Of a DNA stretch of 64,000 bases, positions 51,991 to 64,000 are shown one piece after another. The translations under genes were made by a program, and so were the position numbers. Below the pieces are notes generated by a model that was not told where the DNA came from, did no database searches, and saw nothing but the letters and a program-made list of their open reading frames with translations. The DNA is from Squalus acanthias (taxonomy: Eukaryota). The first letter of the stretch is position 1; every line of letters starts with the position of its first letter. The DNA is taken from assembly GCA_030390025.1 (NCBI GenBank), contig JASTWF010000036.1, positions 868,001-932,000 on the forward strand, given 5' to 3'.

Positions 51991-52884
51991 ATATACCTGT
52001 GTCGGGGCATTGAGCTGTCCATTGACCCTCAAACCCATCCCCTGCCATGATGAACTCTACATATCAGTTGTCATAGGTGCCCAAGGTAGCCAAGTCATGC
52101 CCTGACGATGAAAGGACACCTCGCCAGCTCTCTGGCCGAAGTAGATCATTTTCATTAAGTTGCAAAAGCTCTTTCGACTCAATTGATCATTGAACACAAC
52201 AAAGCTAGCGGTTGGAGTAAATGGTTCCTACTTCACATACATCTACTCTTAATGAGATTGCAATCAAATTAGTCCAAGAGTGGTCTGTCTTGGTAAAGCG
52301 AGTGCCCCACTGTGACAATATCCTAGCCTGAGTGAGCGTGAAAGGCCAGGGATATTGACTGGCTGCTGCAGTAATTAGTTTAAGGAGACGACCAAGATCC
52401 CCTAATTAGACATGAGAATGATTTTTTTGTAAAGATTTGAAATAGGACAGGTCCCAGCCTATCACATCTTTGAAAGTGTTTCTTCCATTGTTCATATGTA
52501 ACAAAAAAAATCCTCCATCACCACCTTTACACTGGGCATACCCCAAACTGGACCAATATAGCTTCTATCTTTCAAAATTAACAACAGAGCATCTTGACTG
52601 TGTGACTTCCAGGGCAGGCCTGAAGGAATTTCAACTTGGGTTTTCCGAGCAACAATCACTCGAACTTTGTTAATCTGCACACTCCCTGGGTTGACTGCAT
52701 TCGTTTTATATATCCTTCCAGCGATTGACCACGGGTATCACACAGTCAAGATACCATCAGGGAGCCTGAATTGTTTACTCATATATCAGAATGCAGGTTT
52801 CGAACGCCGAGAACATTCTCGAACTGAAGGAAGCGACATCCTGCAACACGCAGATCGTTATACTAGCTTTGACCTTCAACCCCT

Positions 52885-53005
52885 TTGACCAAGCTTTTGG
52901 TCACCTGTCCTAATGCCTCCTTATGTGACTCGGGAACGCTCTTGTGCAGCGCCTTGGGACGTTTTACTATGTTAAAGGCGCTATATAAATGCAAGTTGTT
53001 GTTGA
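52885..53005 (+). mobile_element. L2 3' tail
   Basis: Same tail as the other L2 copies. Confidence 0.8.
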
Positions 53006-53039
53006 TTGTAAAAGTTGCTTTTGCAGTTCTAAAGCCTTA

Positions 53040-53933
53040 GAGGGAAAAATTCAGTTGCTTTGCGCCTCCCTTTAGCGCCTTAAGAGGGCGCTAATGGGGC
53101 GCAAAGCAACTAGCGCCCGTGCGCGCCGATGTTTGCGTCGCTCACGAAATTAACTAGACATTTTGCGGCGGCGCTAAACACTACCGCCACGATCTCCTGC
53201 GCCGGCAGATCGTGACGTCAGTCGAGTGCGCAATGCCCCGGTAGCGCCCCGGACCGGATCTTGAGTGGCGCCCCCTGTCTTACCGCCTGCCGTTAGCAAC
53301 GACAGGTTGAGGGGAGCGTTTTGCAGTCTGGAAGGGACTGGGGGAGCGCTATTTAAAGGCGACCGCTTCCTGCCTTTTTTTGTCGGCGAAATTTTTGCAC
53401 CACGCATTCTGAGAGAGAGAGAGAGAGACTGCAGGAGATATTCAAAGCAGTGTTGAGGAGTTTTGGGTACTGAGCAGCACTTTGCAGGTTCTTTCTGGTT
53501 TGATCTTCCTTGTATCGATTTAGAAGAGACTGTGGGGGCTGCAGTCTGAGCACTTTCCCTGGGCCTCTCCATTGTTCTTTCCAGCAGATTTGATGTACAG
53601 GTCTCTCCAGGCCGAGATTCAAGGCTGCAATGAGCAGGATGTGGATGGAGAGCAAGATCAACCCTCCCCTTTAAGAACTGGCCGGCGCCATTGTGTGTGT
53701 GTTCCATTGCTGACTGACATCACATGAGCTTCGCCAGCGCTCTGAGGTAGCGCCTCGCTCCTCGGCGGTAGCACCTTAAGAGGGGTGTGTAGCGCCTGAT
53801 TTAGCGCTCCAATCACCTCCAGGGGCGATAAAAGCCAAGTTTGCAGTTGGAGGCGATAATGAGCGCCAGGTGCTAATCTTTGCGCCCGGCCGATAATCGC
53901 GCCCCAAACGGGGCGATACTGAATTTTTGCCCC
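53040..53933 (-). mobile_element. Non-autonomous PIF/Harbinger-type element, family A (894 bp)
   Basis: Perfect TTA TSD (53037-39, 53934-36); TIR GAGGGAAAAATTCAGT / ACTGAATTTTTGCCCC. Confidence 0.92.
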
Positions 53934-55003
53934 TTACAGTACAATGGAAGGTTTTAAGCATGGCTAGGCTTAGGGTCACAAGAAATTTTAACAACAGGGA
54001 AAGCTCATTTCGCCCAACAAGCCTACCCTTTTATTCGTCTCAATTCCAACTTTCCACCATCTTTCTGGTGGTAATGCGCTCACACATTTTATGGTGAGTT
54101 CTACTGCTCATCATGCCAGTCGTGAGGAGCTCCTGGTACCTCGCAAGAGCTAGTCATTTGCATAATGGCTAACTATTAGCAAACCTCCGGGGGAGGCGGG
54201 GAGAGGTGCGGGGGTGGGTGTCTCTTTAGAATCAAGGTGGCTCCAAGCTGGCACACGTGGTGAAGGAAGATTCAAACACAGTCTCCTTTTTGGAGCAGCC
54301 TCAATAAGCTGATACCCAAACCAGACAAGTCCACAGTGCCCCAGGGCACTGCTAATGATTGAGCAGCCACTGTGACTCACTAAGTGGAGCCTGGAGGAGT
54401 AGATTGGTCACTGGGGAACAGCGGGTCTTCACACTTGGCGGGGTGCGACCCTATCGGAATTGAGTGTGTGTGCTTGGTTTGAAGGCTCTGAAGATTAGTG
54501 ATTGGTTTCCATGTGTATCAGACACTTGGCTGACTAAACAAAAACACATCCATCTCCTTTTTCTTCAGAAGCACATCGAGTTGTCTCTCGGATCCATTCA
54601 TATTATTTGCTTCACTGACCTGCTGCGTGTATGCTTGAAAAAGCACTCATGGTTACCTCAGATGTTGACTGCAGTCTGACGTTCATTTTTTTTTCTCCTT
54701 TCGGGTCTCCTAACAGTCCCAGTAATAAAACGTTGCTGCTGTAGAATGGCAGGGCCCCGCTTTACAATCTAGTCACAATCAGAATACAAAAGCAAATGCA
54801 GAAAGCAGCCACGACAGGTCACCGGTCTGATTGAGACTGGGCTTGAGCAACAGGTAGCGAGTGTCCATCTGCAACCCCAGAACATCAGATAATTGTCGTT
54901 CCCCCCACCCCCGCCCCAGACTACCCAGGAACAGTGCCGCAGGAGATTTACCTAGTTATGTTTCAACTTATCTTTGCTCATTTTTATCAGAGTCCCAGAT
55001 TGC

Positions 55004-55061
55004 TGGAGCAATTTTAACTTAGTGGGTTTCCTGCGTGGCGAATTAGGTTAAAATGACCCCC
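55004..55061. mobile_element. 58-bp miniature TIR element (termini as 51185-51882)
   Basis: GGAGCAATTTTAAC ... GTTAAAATGACCCCC. Confidence 0.45.
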
Positions 55062-55178
55062 ATTATATTTTGAATTGCCTTCTGCTTGTCCCAAATACTA
55101 CTCCTTACAGACCTACTTAACTGCATTGGTCTCCCTTGTCCCTGTAGCTGTTTTGCCTTCACTGGGATGAATTTTGAT

Positions 55179-55344
55179 CATGATGCGGAGATGCCGGTGT
55201 TGGACTGGGGTGGACAAAATTGAGAGGTCGCACAACACCAGGTTATAGTCCAACAGTTTCACCCGACGAAGGAGTTGTAACTCCGAAAGCTTGTGATTTA
55301 AAATAAAACTGTTGGACTATAACCTGGTGTTGTGCGACCTCTCA
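55179..55344. mobile_element. Penelope pLTR-derived inverted insertion containing a hammerhead motif
   Basis: 12-bp TSD ATGAATTTTGAT; 41-bp perfect inverted repeat homologous to 37940-37980. Confidence 0.85.
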
Positions 55345-56147
55345 ATGAATTTTGATGCCAGCCTCTCTAACGACCCCTCGAACACTTCTGAGCTCCAGTC
55401 AACTAACTTCATCTAATTCGACATTCCCTCGGCGTCTGCTCTTTTGAAGTTTAATTCTCTTTTTTGTGTGTGCGTACTGCCCTTTGCACCACTCTCATGA
55501 GCTTTTCAGATCCTTCACAGTCCTCCGAAACTTTCAATAAATAAAGTGAGTGCAGCTGCGGAAAAGATAGCTCAGGAGCTGATGGTTGGAGGAATGTTGA
55601 TAAGAATGACAATCTGCTTTGTTATGGATGGAGTGTTATTATTTAGAAGCAGATTCTAAAGCGGAACAGGGTGATGTAGTGAATTGGAACACAGTCTTAT
55701 CAGCTCAGACTGATGGATGCAAGTCTCCACTGTGACAGGTACAGGAGGCCCAAGTTAAATTAGTTTGGACAACCGAGTTTCGAGCAGATAAGGGTCCATA
55801 GCACACAGTTGGCTGTAATTCTCTACTAATTGGCATTCGATTGTCAATCTCACTTGGAAAGACCGTGAGATGGGAATAGGAATGTCACATTGGTGAAGTA
55901 GGAGTGTACGCTTCTGAAAGGGGAACAGACTAAAGGGAGATTTGTTTTATATCTCAGCCATACAATACCTGACCCGTGTGTACGTAGTACGGTTTTGATG
56001 TATTCCTTGGCACTGATATTCCACCCCTGCTCACTTTTGCCCTGCCTTCCACTCTTGCTGAGACACAAGTCCACAGATGCTGGTTGACCCCTGAACCAAC
56101 TGGCCATTCTTCACATGTGATCCTGGACACTGATTGTCACTGAGTGT

Positions 56148-56606
56148 TGGCCGTGGCTCAGTGGGCAGCACCCTTGCCTCAGAGTCAGAAGGTTGTGGGT
56201 TCAAGTCCCACTCCAGAGACTTGAGTACAAAATTCTAGGCTGACACTCCAGCACAGTGCTGAGGGAGTGCGGTGCTGTCTTTTGAATGAGATGTTAAACC
56301 GAGGCCCCGTCTGCTCTCTCAGGTGGACGTAAAAGATCCCCTGGCACCAATTTGAAGAAGAGCAGGGGGGGAGTTCTCCCCGGTGTCCTGGCCAATATTT
56401 ATCCTTCAACCAACATCATTAAAAAAAACAGATGATCTGGTCATTATCACATTGCTGTTTGTGGGAGCTTGCTGTGCGCAAATCGACTGCCGCGTTTCCC
56501 ACATTACAACAGTGACTCCACTTCAAAAAAAGTGCTTTATTGGCTGTGAAGTGCTTTGGGACGTCCGGTGGTCATGAAAGGCGCTATAGAAATGCAAGTC
56601 TTTTTT
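56148..56606 (+). mobile_element. DeuSINE (SacSINE1-like)
   Basis: Head, core and tail present. Confidence 0.9.
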
Positions 56607-56966
56607 ATCAGGAGGCTATTTTAACATGGCGCGGTGGCATCATAACCGAGCCCGATCTGATCGTCACCCAACATCCATACAAGTACACTTCGAATCACTG
56701 GATAGCAATTTGAGGATGTGAATTCCTCTGTTCACTATTTAGAAAAATCATAAACAGGTTTCTTTTAAATGCGTTTACAATGTCACTTCATATAGGATTC
56801 AGAGCAATTCTTTCCTCCAGGAGTGAAAACCTTGGTAGATTTCCCTTCTCCCTAGCTCAGGGGTTCTGAGGCAAGTTATAGCACCACTGCCACCACTGGG
56901 ACCTTCCTGGTGTGTTAGGTTCAGCTCCACACTGAGCACTGCAGTGGAAGGAAGGAAAGAAAGAAA

Positions 56967-57392
56967 AGAACATAAGAACACAAGAAATAGGAGCAGGAAT
57001 AGGCCACTTGGCCCCTCGAGCCTGCTCCGCCATTCAATGAGATCATGGCTGATCTTGGGCTCAAAGCCACTTCCCCGCCCGCTCCCCATAACCCTTCACT
57101 CCCTTATCTTGCAAAAATCTGTCTATCTCCACCTTAAATGTATTTAATGACCCAGCCTCCACGGCTCTCTGGGGCAGAGAATTCCACAGATTTACGACCC
57201 TCTGAGAGAAGAAATTCCTCCTCATCTCAGTTCTAAAAGGGAGACCCCTGTATTCTGAAACTATGCCCCCGAGTTCTAGATTTCCCCATGAGGGGAAACA
57301 TCCTCTCTGCATCTACCCTGTCGAGCCCCCTCAGTATTTTATATGTTTCAATAAGATCACCTCTCATTCTTCGAAACTCCAATGAGTATAGG
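56967..57392 (-). mobile_element. CR1 3' fragment
   Basis: FRTEMRRNFFSQRVVNLWNSLP...GKWL plus tail. Confidence 0.93.
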
Positions 57393-58150
57393 AAAGAAAG
57401 AAAGCCTTGCATTTATATAGCACCTTCCACGACCTCAGGACGTCCCAAAGCACTTTACAGCCAATAAAGAAAGACTTGCATTTATATAGCACCTTTCAGC
57501 CAATGAAGTAGAGTCACTGTTGTAATGTGGGAAACACAGCAGCCACAATTTGCACAGAGCAAACTCCCACGTGATAATGACCAGATAAACTATTTTTGTT
57601 ATGTTGGTCGAGGGGTAAACATTGGCCAGGGGAGAACTCCCCTGCTCTTCTTCAAAATGGTGCCATGGGATCTTTTACATCCACCTGAGAGGGCAGACGG
57701 GGCCTCGGTTTAACGTCTCATCCAAAAGACAGCACCTCCGACAGTGCAGCACTCCCTCAGCACTGCACTGGAGTGTCAGCCTAGCTTTACGGGCTCAAGT
57801 CTCTGGAGTGGGACTTGAACCCATGACCTATCAAGCCATTCAGGTGATGTGTGCTACCCACTGAGCCACAGCTGGCAATGACAGTGACATACTTTTGAAG
57901 TGTAGCCACTGTTGTAATGTAGGAAACCTGGCAGCCAATTTGCGCACAGCAAGCTCCCACAAACAGCAATGTGATAATGACCGGATAAACAGTTTTAGTG
58001 ATGTTGTGAGAAAGAAAAAAGACTTTACAGTGGAAGTCCCATTGCTTCCCATTTTAGAGGGGACCATCAAAGAAAGAAAGACTTGCATTTATATAGCGCC
58101 TTTCACGACCTCAGGACTTTACAGCCAATGAAGTGTAGTCACTGTTGCAA
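57393..58150 (-). mobile_element. Cluster of DeuSINE copies and fragments
   Basis: Duplicated tail (57393-57500), one near-complete copy to ~57875, fragments 57885-58005 and 58068-58150. Confidence 0.85.
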
Positions 58151-58855
58151 AGTTGAAAGCACTTAAAAAACACACAATTCCAAAGCAAACTGATTTATGA
58201 GCTGTATTTGTTGAAACAGAAGGCTATAGAATACACTGAATTTGAAAGAAATGACTTCTTTTGTGTGCCGAGAAGGCAAGTGTCTCCTGAAAAGGTTTTG
58301 TTTGCATGACATTTGTAAATCTGTCGAGACTTTCTGTTTTCACAGTGGGAGAGGATGAAGGGAATCCAGAGGCAGGGATCACAAATACCTGCAAGAGTAA
58401 TCTAACAACTTGGGTGGGCATCATCATCACAGAAGGACAGAGGCGTTTTGCTGCACACTGAGCAGAGGAATTTGAATTTTGCAAGACTAAACCATCAGGA
58501 GACTGCCACCTTTGGCACCGAGCCTGTCACAGATTTTATTTTGGTTTTTTTTTGCTGTGGAAATCAAGAGTGCCGTCCTCAGAGAGTTAATGAGCGATTG
58601 CTCGGCACATTATCACAGTCCCACTGACAGTGGGTCACCTGCATTTTATTGATTTCTACAGAACTCAATGAGATTGTTGTGATAATATCGTGGAAACCAA
58701 GTAAATTGAGGAGAGAGAGAAAATTCCTGATCATTAAAAAGCACATGACTTTACAAGTCAATCTACTTCTTTGAGGGCAGCAGAACTCTGCAGCGAAGTT
58801 AGATACTATAAATAACATTTTACGATTTTGGGTTTATTCGGGGAGCATGATGAAT

Positions 58856-59157
58856 GAAAGAAAGACTTGCATTTATACAGCGCCTTTCACAACCTCAGGA
58901 CGTCTCAAAGCGCTTCACAGCCAATGAAGTACTTTTTTTGAAGTGTGGTCACTGTTGTAATGTGGGAAACGTGGCAGCCAATTTGCGCACAGCAAGCTCC
59001 CACAAACAGCAATGTGATAATGACCAGATAATCTGTTTTTAGTGATGTTGGTTGAGGGATAAATATTGGCCCAGGACACCGGGTAGATCTCCCCATCTCT
59101 TCTTCAAAATAGTGCCATGGGATCTTTTACGTCCACCCGAGAGGGCAGACGGGGCAC
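58856..59157 (-). mobile_element. DeuSINE 3' half
   Basis: Core and tail present. Confidence 0.88.
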
Positions 59158-59242
59158 TGTGTTTTTGTGGCATGCTGGTGCAGTGCATTACAGTACCCAC
59201 CCAAGGTGGCATGACAGCGGTGGGAGTGGGCTCGATTTCTTA

Positions 59243-61086
59243 CATAGATATAGATACATAGAAGATAGGAGCAGGAGTAGGCCATCCGGCCCTTCGAGCC
59301 TGCTCCGCCATTCAATGAGATCATGGCTGATCCTCCAATTCAGTATCCCGTCCCCGCCTTCTCTCCGTAACCCTTAACCCCTTTTGCCTGTAGAAATATA
59401 TCTAATTCCCTCTTAAATATATTTAATGAGCTGGTGTACACTGCCCTCTGTGGCAATGAGTTCCACAGGTTCACCACCCTCTGAGTGAAGAAATTCCCCC
59501 TCATTTCTGTCCTAAATGGTTTAGCCCTTATCCTTAAATTATGTCCTCTAGTTCTGTTCTCACCCGCCAAGGGAAACATTCCTTCTGCATCTAGTCTGTC
59601 TAGACCTGTCAGAATTTTATACACTTCTATGAGGTCCCCTCTCAATCTTCTAAACTCCAGTGTGTACATCCCTAAACTACATAGTCTCTCCTCATAGGTC
59701 AATCCCGCCATTCCTGGTATCAGCCTGGTGAATCGCCGCTGCACCCCCTCCATGGCAAGAACATCTTTCCTCAGATGAGGCAACCAAAACTGTACACAGT
59801 ACTCGAGGTGTGGTCTCACCAGTGCCCTGTACAGCTGCAGCAAGGTATCCCTGTTCCTGTATTCCAACCCTTTTGCTATGAAGGCCAGCATACCGTTTGC
59901 CTTCTTGACCGCCTGTTGCACCTGCATGCTCGCCTTCAGTGACTGGTGTACAAGAACACCCAGGTCTCTCTGTACTTCCCCCTCTCCCAATTTATTGCCA
60001 TTTAAATAATAATTTGCCCTCCCGTTCCTGCACCCAAGGTGGATAACTTCGCACTTGTCCACATTATAGTGCATCTGCCATTTATCCGCCCAATCATCCA
60101 GTCTGTCCAAATCGCTCTGGAGCTTCCTGGTCTCCTCCTCTGAGCCCACCCCCCCTCCTAGTTTAGTGTCGTCTGCAAATTTGGAAATGCTGCATCCGAC
60201 TCCCTGATCCAGGTCATTAATGTAAATTGTGAACAGCTGGGGACCCAGGACAGATCCCTGTGGTACCCCACTTGTTACTGCCTGCCATTCAGAAAATGAG
60301 CCGTTTATTCCAACTCTCTGTTTTCTATCTGACAGCCAGTTCTCTATCCACGTCAATACTTTCCCCTTTATCCCATGAGCTTCAATTTTCCATGCTAATC
60401 TTTTATGTGGGACCTTATCGAAGGCCTTTTGGAAGTCCAGGTACACCACATCTACTGGCTCTCCCCCATCTATTTTACCAGTTACTCCCTCAAAAAATTC
60501 CAATAGATTAGTCAAGCACGATTTACCCTTTGTAAATCCATGTTGACTCTGTCCTATCCTGTCCCCATTTGCTAAGTGCTCCGCTATTTCATCCTTAATG
60601 ATGGACTCCAGCATTTTGCCCACAACTGATGTAAGGCTTACAGGTCTGTAATTACCTGCTTTTTCCCTACCCCCCTTTTTGAATAGTGGGGTAACGTTAG
60701 CTACCCTCCAATCCATGGGCACTGTTCCCGAGTCTAATGAATTCTGAAAAATCATACTTAGTGCATCCGCTATCTCTAGGGCCACCTCCTTCAGTACCCT
60801 AGGATGCATGTTATCAGGCCCTGGGGATTTGTCCGCCTTCAATCCCTTTAGCTTCCTTAACACCATATCCTTAGAGATATTGATTTGCGTCAGTTCCTCC
60901 TTTGCCAATGTCCCTATTTTTCCCGATATCCCAGGGAGGTTTTTTGTGTCTTCCTTCGTAAAGACTGACCCAAAGTATGCATTTAGTTGGTCTGCCATTT
61001 CCTTATTTCCCGTTATATATTCCCCCGTATCTGACTGCAATGGACCAACTTTGGTTTTCACCAGTCTTTTCCTCTTGATATACTTT
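59243..61086 (-). mobile_element. 5'-truncated CR1 LINE
   Basis: (CTATGT/CTATAT) tail; homology to the 21345-23160 region ends at KYIKRKRLVK. Confidence 0.95.
59340..61086 (-). CDS. Uninterrupted CR1 ORF2 RT domain (5'-truncated, no endonuclease)
   Basis: ~580 open codons with YRPVSL, DFQKAFD, GVPQGSVLGP and FADD; the N-terminal ~47 aa of the track ORF come from flanking DNA. Confidence 0.8.
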
Positions 61087-61419
61087 TGGAGTTGGTTTAC
61101 GTCACTGAGTTCCTTATCTCGGCCTCCTTGGCGAGTGGCACTGTTGAGAAAAGGGCAAAGCGCCTCTCCACCAGGGCAGAAGGAAAAGCAAAGCAGAAAA
61201 GCAACTGCCTCCGAGACCTGGGTCACTCTTGAGCTCTACTTGTGAAAGGCTGAGTTCCATTGGGTGATGCCTGGATATGTAAAAGTTTGGAATGAGGAGA
61301 AGCCCATCAAGCCCACTCCACCCACTGTTCATGAACAGCTACTGCAATTATGGGCTCTTTTATATTACTATCTCTCGAACCCTCAAGTTTTACTTGCACA
61401 TTAATGGAACACGTTTTGC

Positions 61420-63163
61420 ATCAAGCACTCCCAGGGCAGGCACAGCACGGGTTAGATACAGAGTAAAGCTCCCTCTACACTGTCCCATCAAACACTCCCA
61501 GGGCAGGTACAGCACGGGGTTAGATACAGAGTAAAGCTCCCTCTACACTGTCCCCATCAAACACTCCCAGGGCAGGTACAGCACGGGGTTAGATACAGAG
61601 TAAAGCTCCCTCTACACTGTCCCATCAAACACTCCCAGGGCAGGTACAGCACGGGGTTAGATACAGAGTAAAGCTCCCTCTACACTGTCCCATCAAACAC
61701 TCCCAGGGCAGGTACAGCACGGGTTAGATACAGAGTAAAGCTCCCTCTACACTGTCCCATCAAACACTCCCAGGGCAAGTACAGCACGGGTTAGATACAG
61801 AGTAAAGCTCCCTCTACACTGTCCCATCAAACACTCCCAGGGCAAGTACAGCACGGGTTAGATACAGAGTAAAGCTCCCTCTACACTGTCCCATCAAACA
61901 CTCCCAGGGCTGGTACAGCACGGGGTTAGATACAGAGTAAAGCTCCCTCTACACTGTCCCATCAAACACTCCCAGGGCAGGTACAGCACGGGGTTAGATA
62001 CAGAGTAAAGCTCCCTCTACACTGTCCCATCAAACACTCCCAGGGCAGGTACAGCACGGGTTAGATACAGAGTAAAGCTCCCTCTACACTGTCCCATCAA
62101 ACACTCCCAGGGCAGGTACAGCACGGTGTTAGATACAGAGTAAAGCTCCCTCCACACTTTCCCATCAAACACCCCCAGGGCAGGTACAGCACGGGTTAGA
62201 TACAGAGTAACGCTCCCTCTACACTGTCCCCATCAAACACTCCCAGGGCAGGTACAGCACGGGTTAGATACAGAGTAAAGCTCCCTCTACACTGTCCCCA
62301 TCAAACACTCCCAGGGCAGGTACAGCACGGGGCTAGATACAGAGTAAAGCTCCCTCTACACTGTCCCATCAAACACTCCCAGGGCAGGTACAGCACGGGG
62401 TTAGATACAGAGTAAAGCTCCCTCTACACTGTTCCATCAAACACTCCCAGGGCAGGTACAGCACGGGTTAGATGCAGAGTAAAGCTCCCTCTACACTGTC
62501 CCATCAAACACTCCCAGGGCAGGTACAGCACGGTTAGATACAGAGTAAAGCTCCCTCTACACTGTCCCATCAAACTCTCCCAGGGCAGGTACAGCACGGG
62601 GTTAGATACAGAGTAAAGCTCCCTCTGCACTGTCCCATCAAACACTCCCAGGACAGGTACAGCATGGGTTAGATACAGAGTAAAGCTCCCTCTACACTGT
62701 CCCATCAAACACTCCCAGGGCAGGTACAGCACGGTTAGATACAGAGTAAAGCTCCCTCTACACTGTCCCATCAAACTCTCCCAGGGCAGGTACAGCACGG
62801 GGTTAGATACAGAGTAAAGCTCCCTCTGCACTGTCCCATCAAACACTCCCAGGACAGGTACAGCATGGGTTAGATACAGAGTAAAGCTCCCTCTACACTG
62901 TCCCATCAAACACTCCCAGGACAGGTACAGCATGGGTTAGATACAGAGTAAAGCTCCCTCTACACTGTCCCATCAAACACTCCCAGGGCAGGTACAGCAC
63001 GGGTTAGATACAGAGTAAAGCTCCCTTTACACTGTCCCATCAAACACTCCCAGGGCAGGTACAGCATGGGCTAGATACAGAGTAAAGCTCCCTCTACACT
63101 GTCCCATCAAACACTCCCAGGGCAGGTACAGCATGGGCTAGATACAGTGTAAAGGTGCCTCTG
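61420..63163. repeat. Minisatellite, ~26 copies of a 66-69-bp unit (mostly 67 bp)
   Basis: Unit ACTCCCAGGGCAGGTACAGCACGGGTTAGATACAGAGTAAAGCTCCCTCTACACTGTCCCATCAAAC; first period 61427 to 61494. Confidence 0.98.
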
Positions 63164-63804
63164 TTCTCCCCAAACAAAGAGGAAGTGTGTTAACTTTATT
63201 ATGTGGAGAGCAGAGAGTAATCAAGAGACTCTGATGGTATCAAACTGCGAGTGTGAAGTTTAAATGGTTAATAGTCATCGTCTGAACCCCCAAAAATGAA
63301 GTCACAACCTTACATACACTCTTTCCTGTTATCAATATTAATGCTGACTACATAAATCATGTGCAATATTTTCCTGTGCATCTTTGTTCAGTTCTTTATT
63401 CTGCCAGGAGGTGTCGCTGTGATGGACAGCTCACTTCCGGTGCAGTCATACTGCAGGTGCTGTTTGAGAGCAGTACCTGCTCTTAGTGCAGCTTCGAGTT
63501 ATACTACCAGCTCTGCACTGCACTCAAATCGGGGAAAAGCAGAGCACTGCACAGCTGGCGAGTTTCTTAATGTCAGTGAAGAGCTAATTGTCCCATTAGT
63601 GGGACAAGTGAAACTTTGCCAAGCATTTAATGGTTATGTACGTGTCTGGAAGAGAGCTCAGAAACAAATCGGTCTAATGTATTTTCATTGAGAATGATTC
63701 TTTTTAAATAAAGGACTAATACAAGAGCAGAAACTTCTGGAAGGACCAACAATTGCACAAGTTATGATCGAGCTTCTGAATAGAAAGTAGCCCTGGATTT
63801 CATC

Positions 63805-63880
63805 GAATCATGGAATGATACAGCACAGAAGGAGGCCATTCGGCCCATCATGCCCATGCCAGCTCTTTGGTAGAGCTGTC
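63805..63880 (-). mobile_element. CR1 3' UTR tail fragment
   Basis: Reverse complement of the 33590-33660 tail. Confidence 0.7.
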
Positions 63881-64000
63881 CAAACTATTTGAACATGTTT
63901 ATTTAAACGTTTAACAATTTCAAACAGTTTTACAGAAATATTGAGTAGAGAGGATAGATGCAAGTTGATTTAATCGTACCGTAACTTTTATATTTCTTGG

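Noticed and set aside
61427..61494. Twister-ribozyme-like words (GGTACAGC..CAGAGTAA) in the 67-bp unit
   Set aside because: I could not find the UAA cleavage loop or P1/P2 pairing
61420..63163. CRISPR-like array or coding repeat (ORF 62424-62933)
   Set aside because: Units are head-to-tail with no unique spacers; unit lengths of 66-69 bp break the frame; vertebrate context
63359..63691. 110-aa ORF after a polypyrimidine/CAG
   Set aside because: No recognisable homology or clear donor; cannot be supported

Overview
Repeat-dominated vertebrate genomic DNA, almost certainly from a cartilaginous fish (shark). The evidence is HE1/V-SINE, SacSINE1/DeuSINE-type SINEs and shark-type CR1 and Penelope elements, all named from recall of consensus motifs rather than a database search. 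No host protein-coding exon could be supported, so the window looks intergenic or deep intronic. It opens with a ~7.5-kb (CA)n/(CAGA)n compound microsatellite and ends with a ~1.7-kb 67-bp minisatellite. Between them are: one full-length CR1 LINE (ORF1 zinc finger plus SGNH esterase, ORF2 APE-RT), many CR1/L2/RTE 3' fragments, Penelope-like elements with minimal hammerhead ribozyme motifs, and about a dozen non-autonomous DNA transposons. Most of these have GG(G)-starting TIRs and 3-bp TSDs (PIF/Harbinger-type); hAT and Tc1/mariner types also occur. Most notable: (1) a Harbinger-type MITE family whose two copies keep an exactly 91-nt GT-AG intron-like module with three GTRAGT donors and a chain of hairpins, one with compensatory changes; (2) a U UUA AAC slippery heptamer joining CR1 ORF1 to ORF2 in the -1 frame; (3) covarying minimal hammerheads, one in the loop of a 166-bp TSD-flanked hairpin insertion; (4) an apparent SINE 3' transduction with source and daughter both in the window; (5) a 'Russian-doll' nest of four elements.
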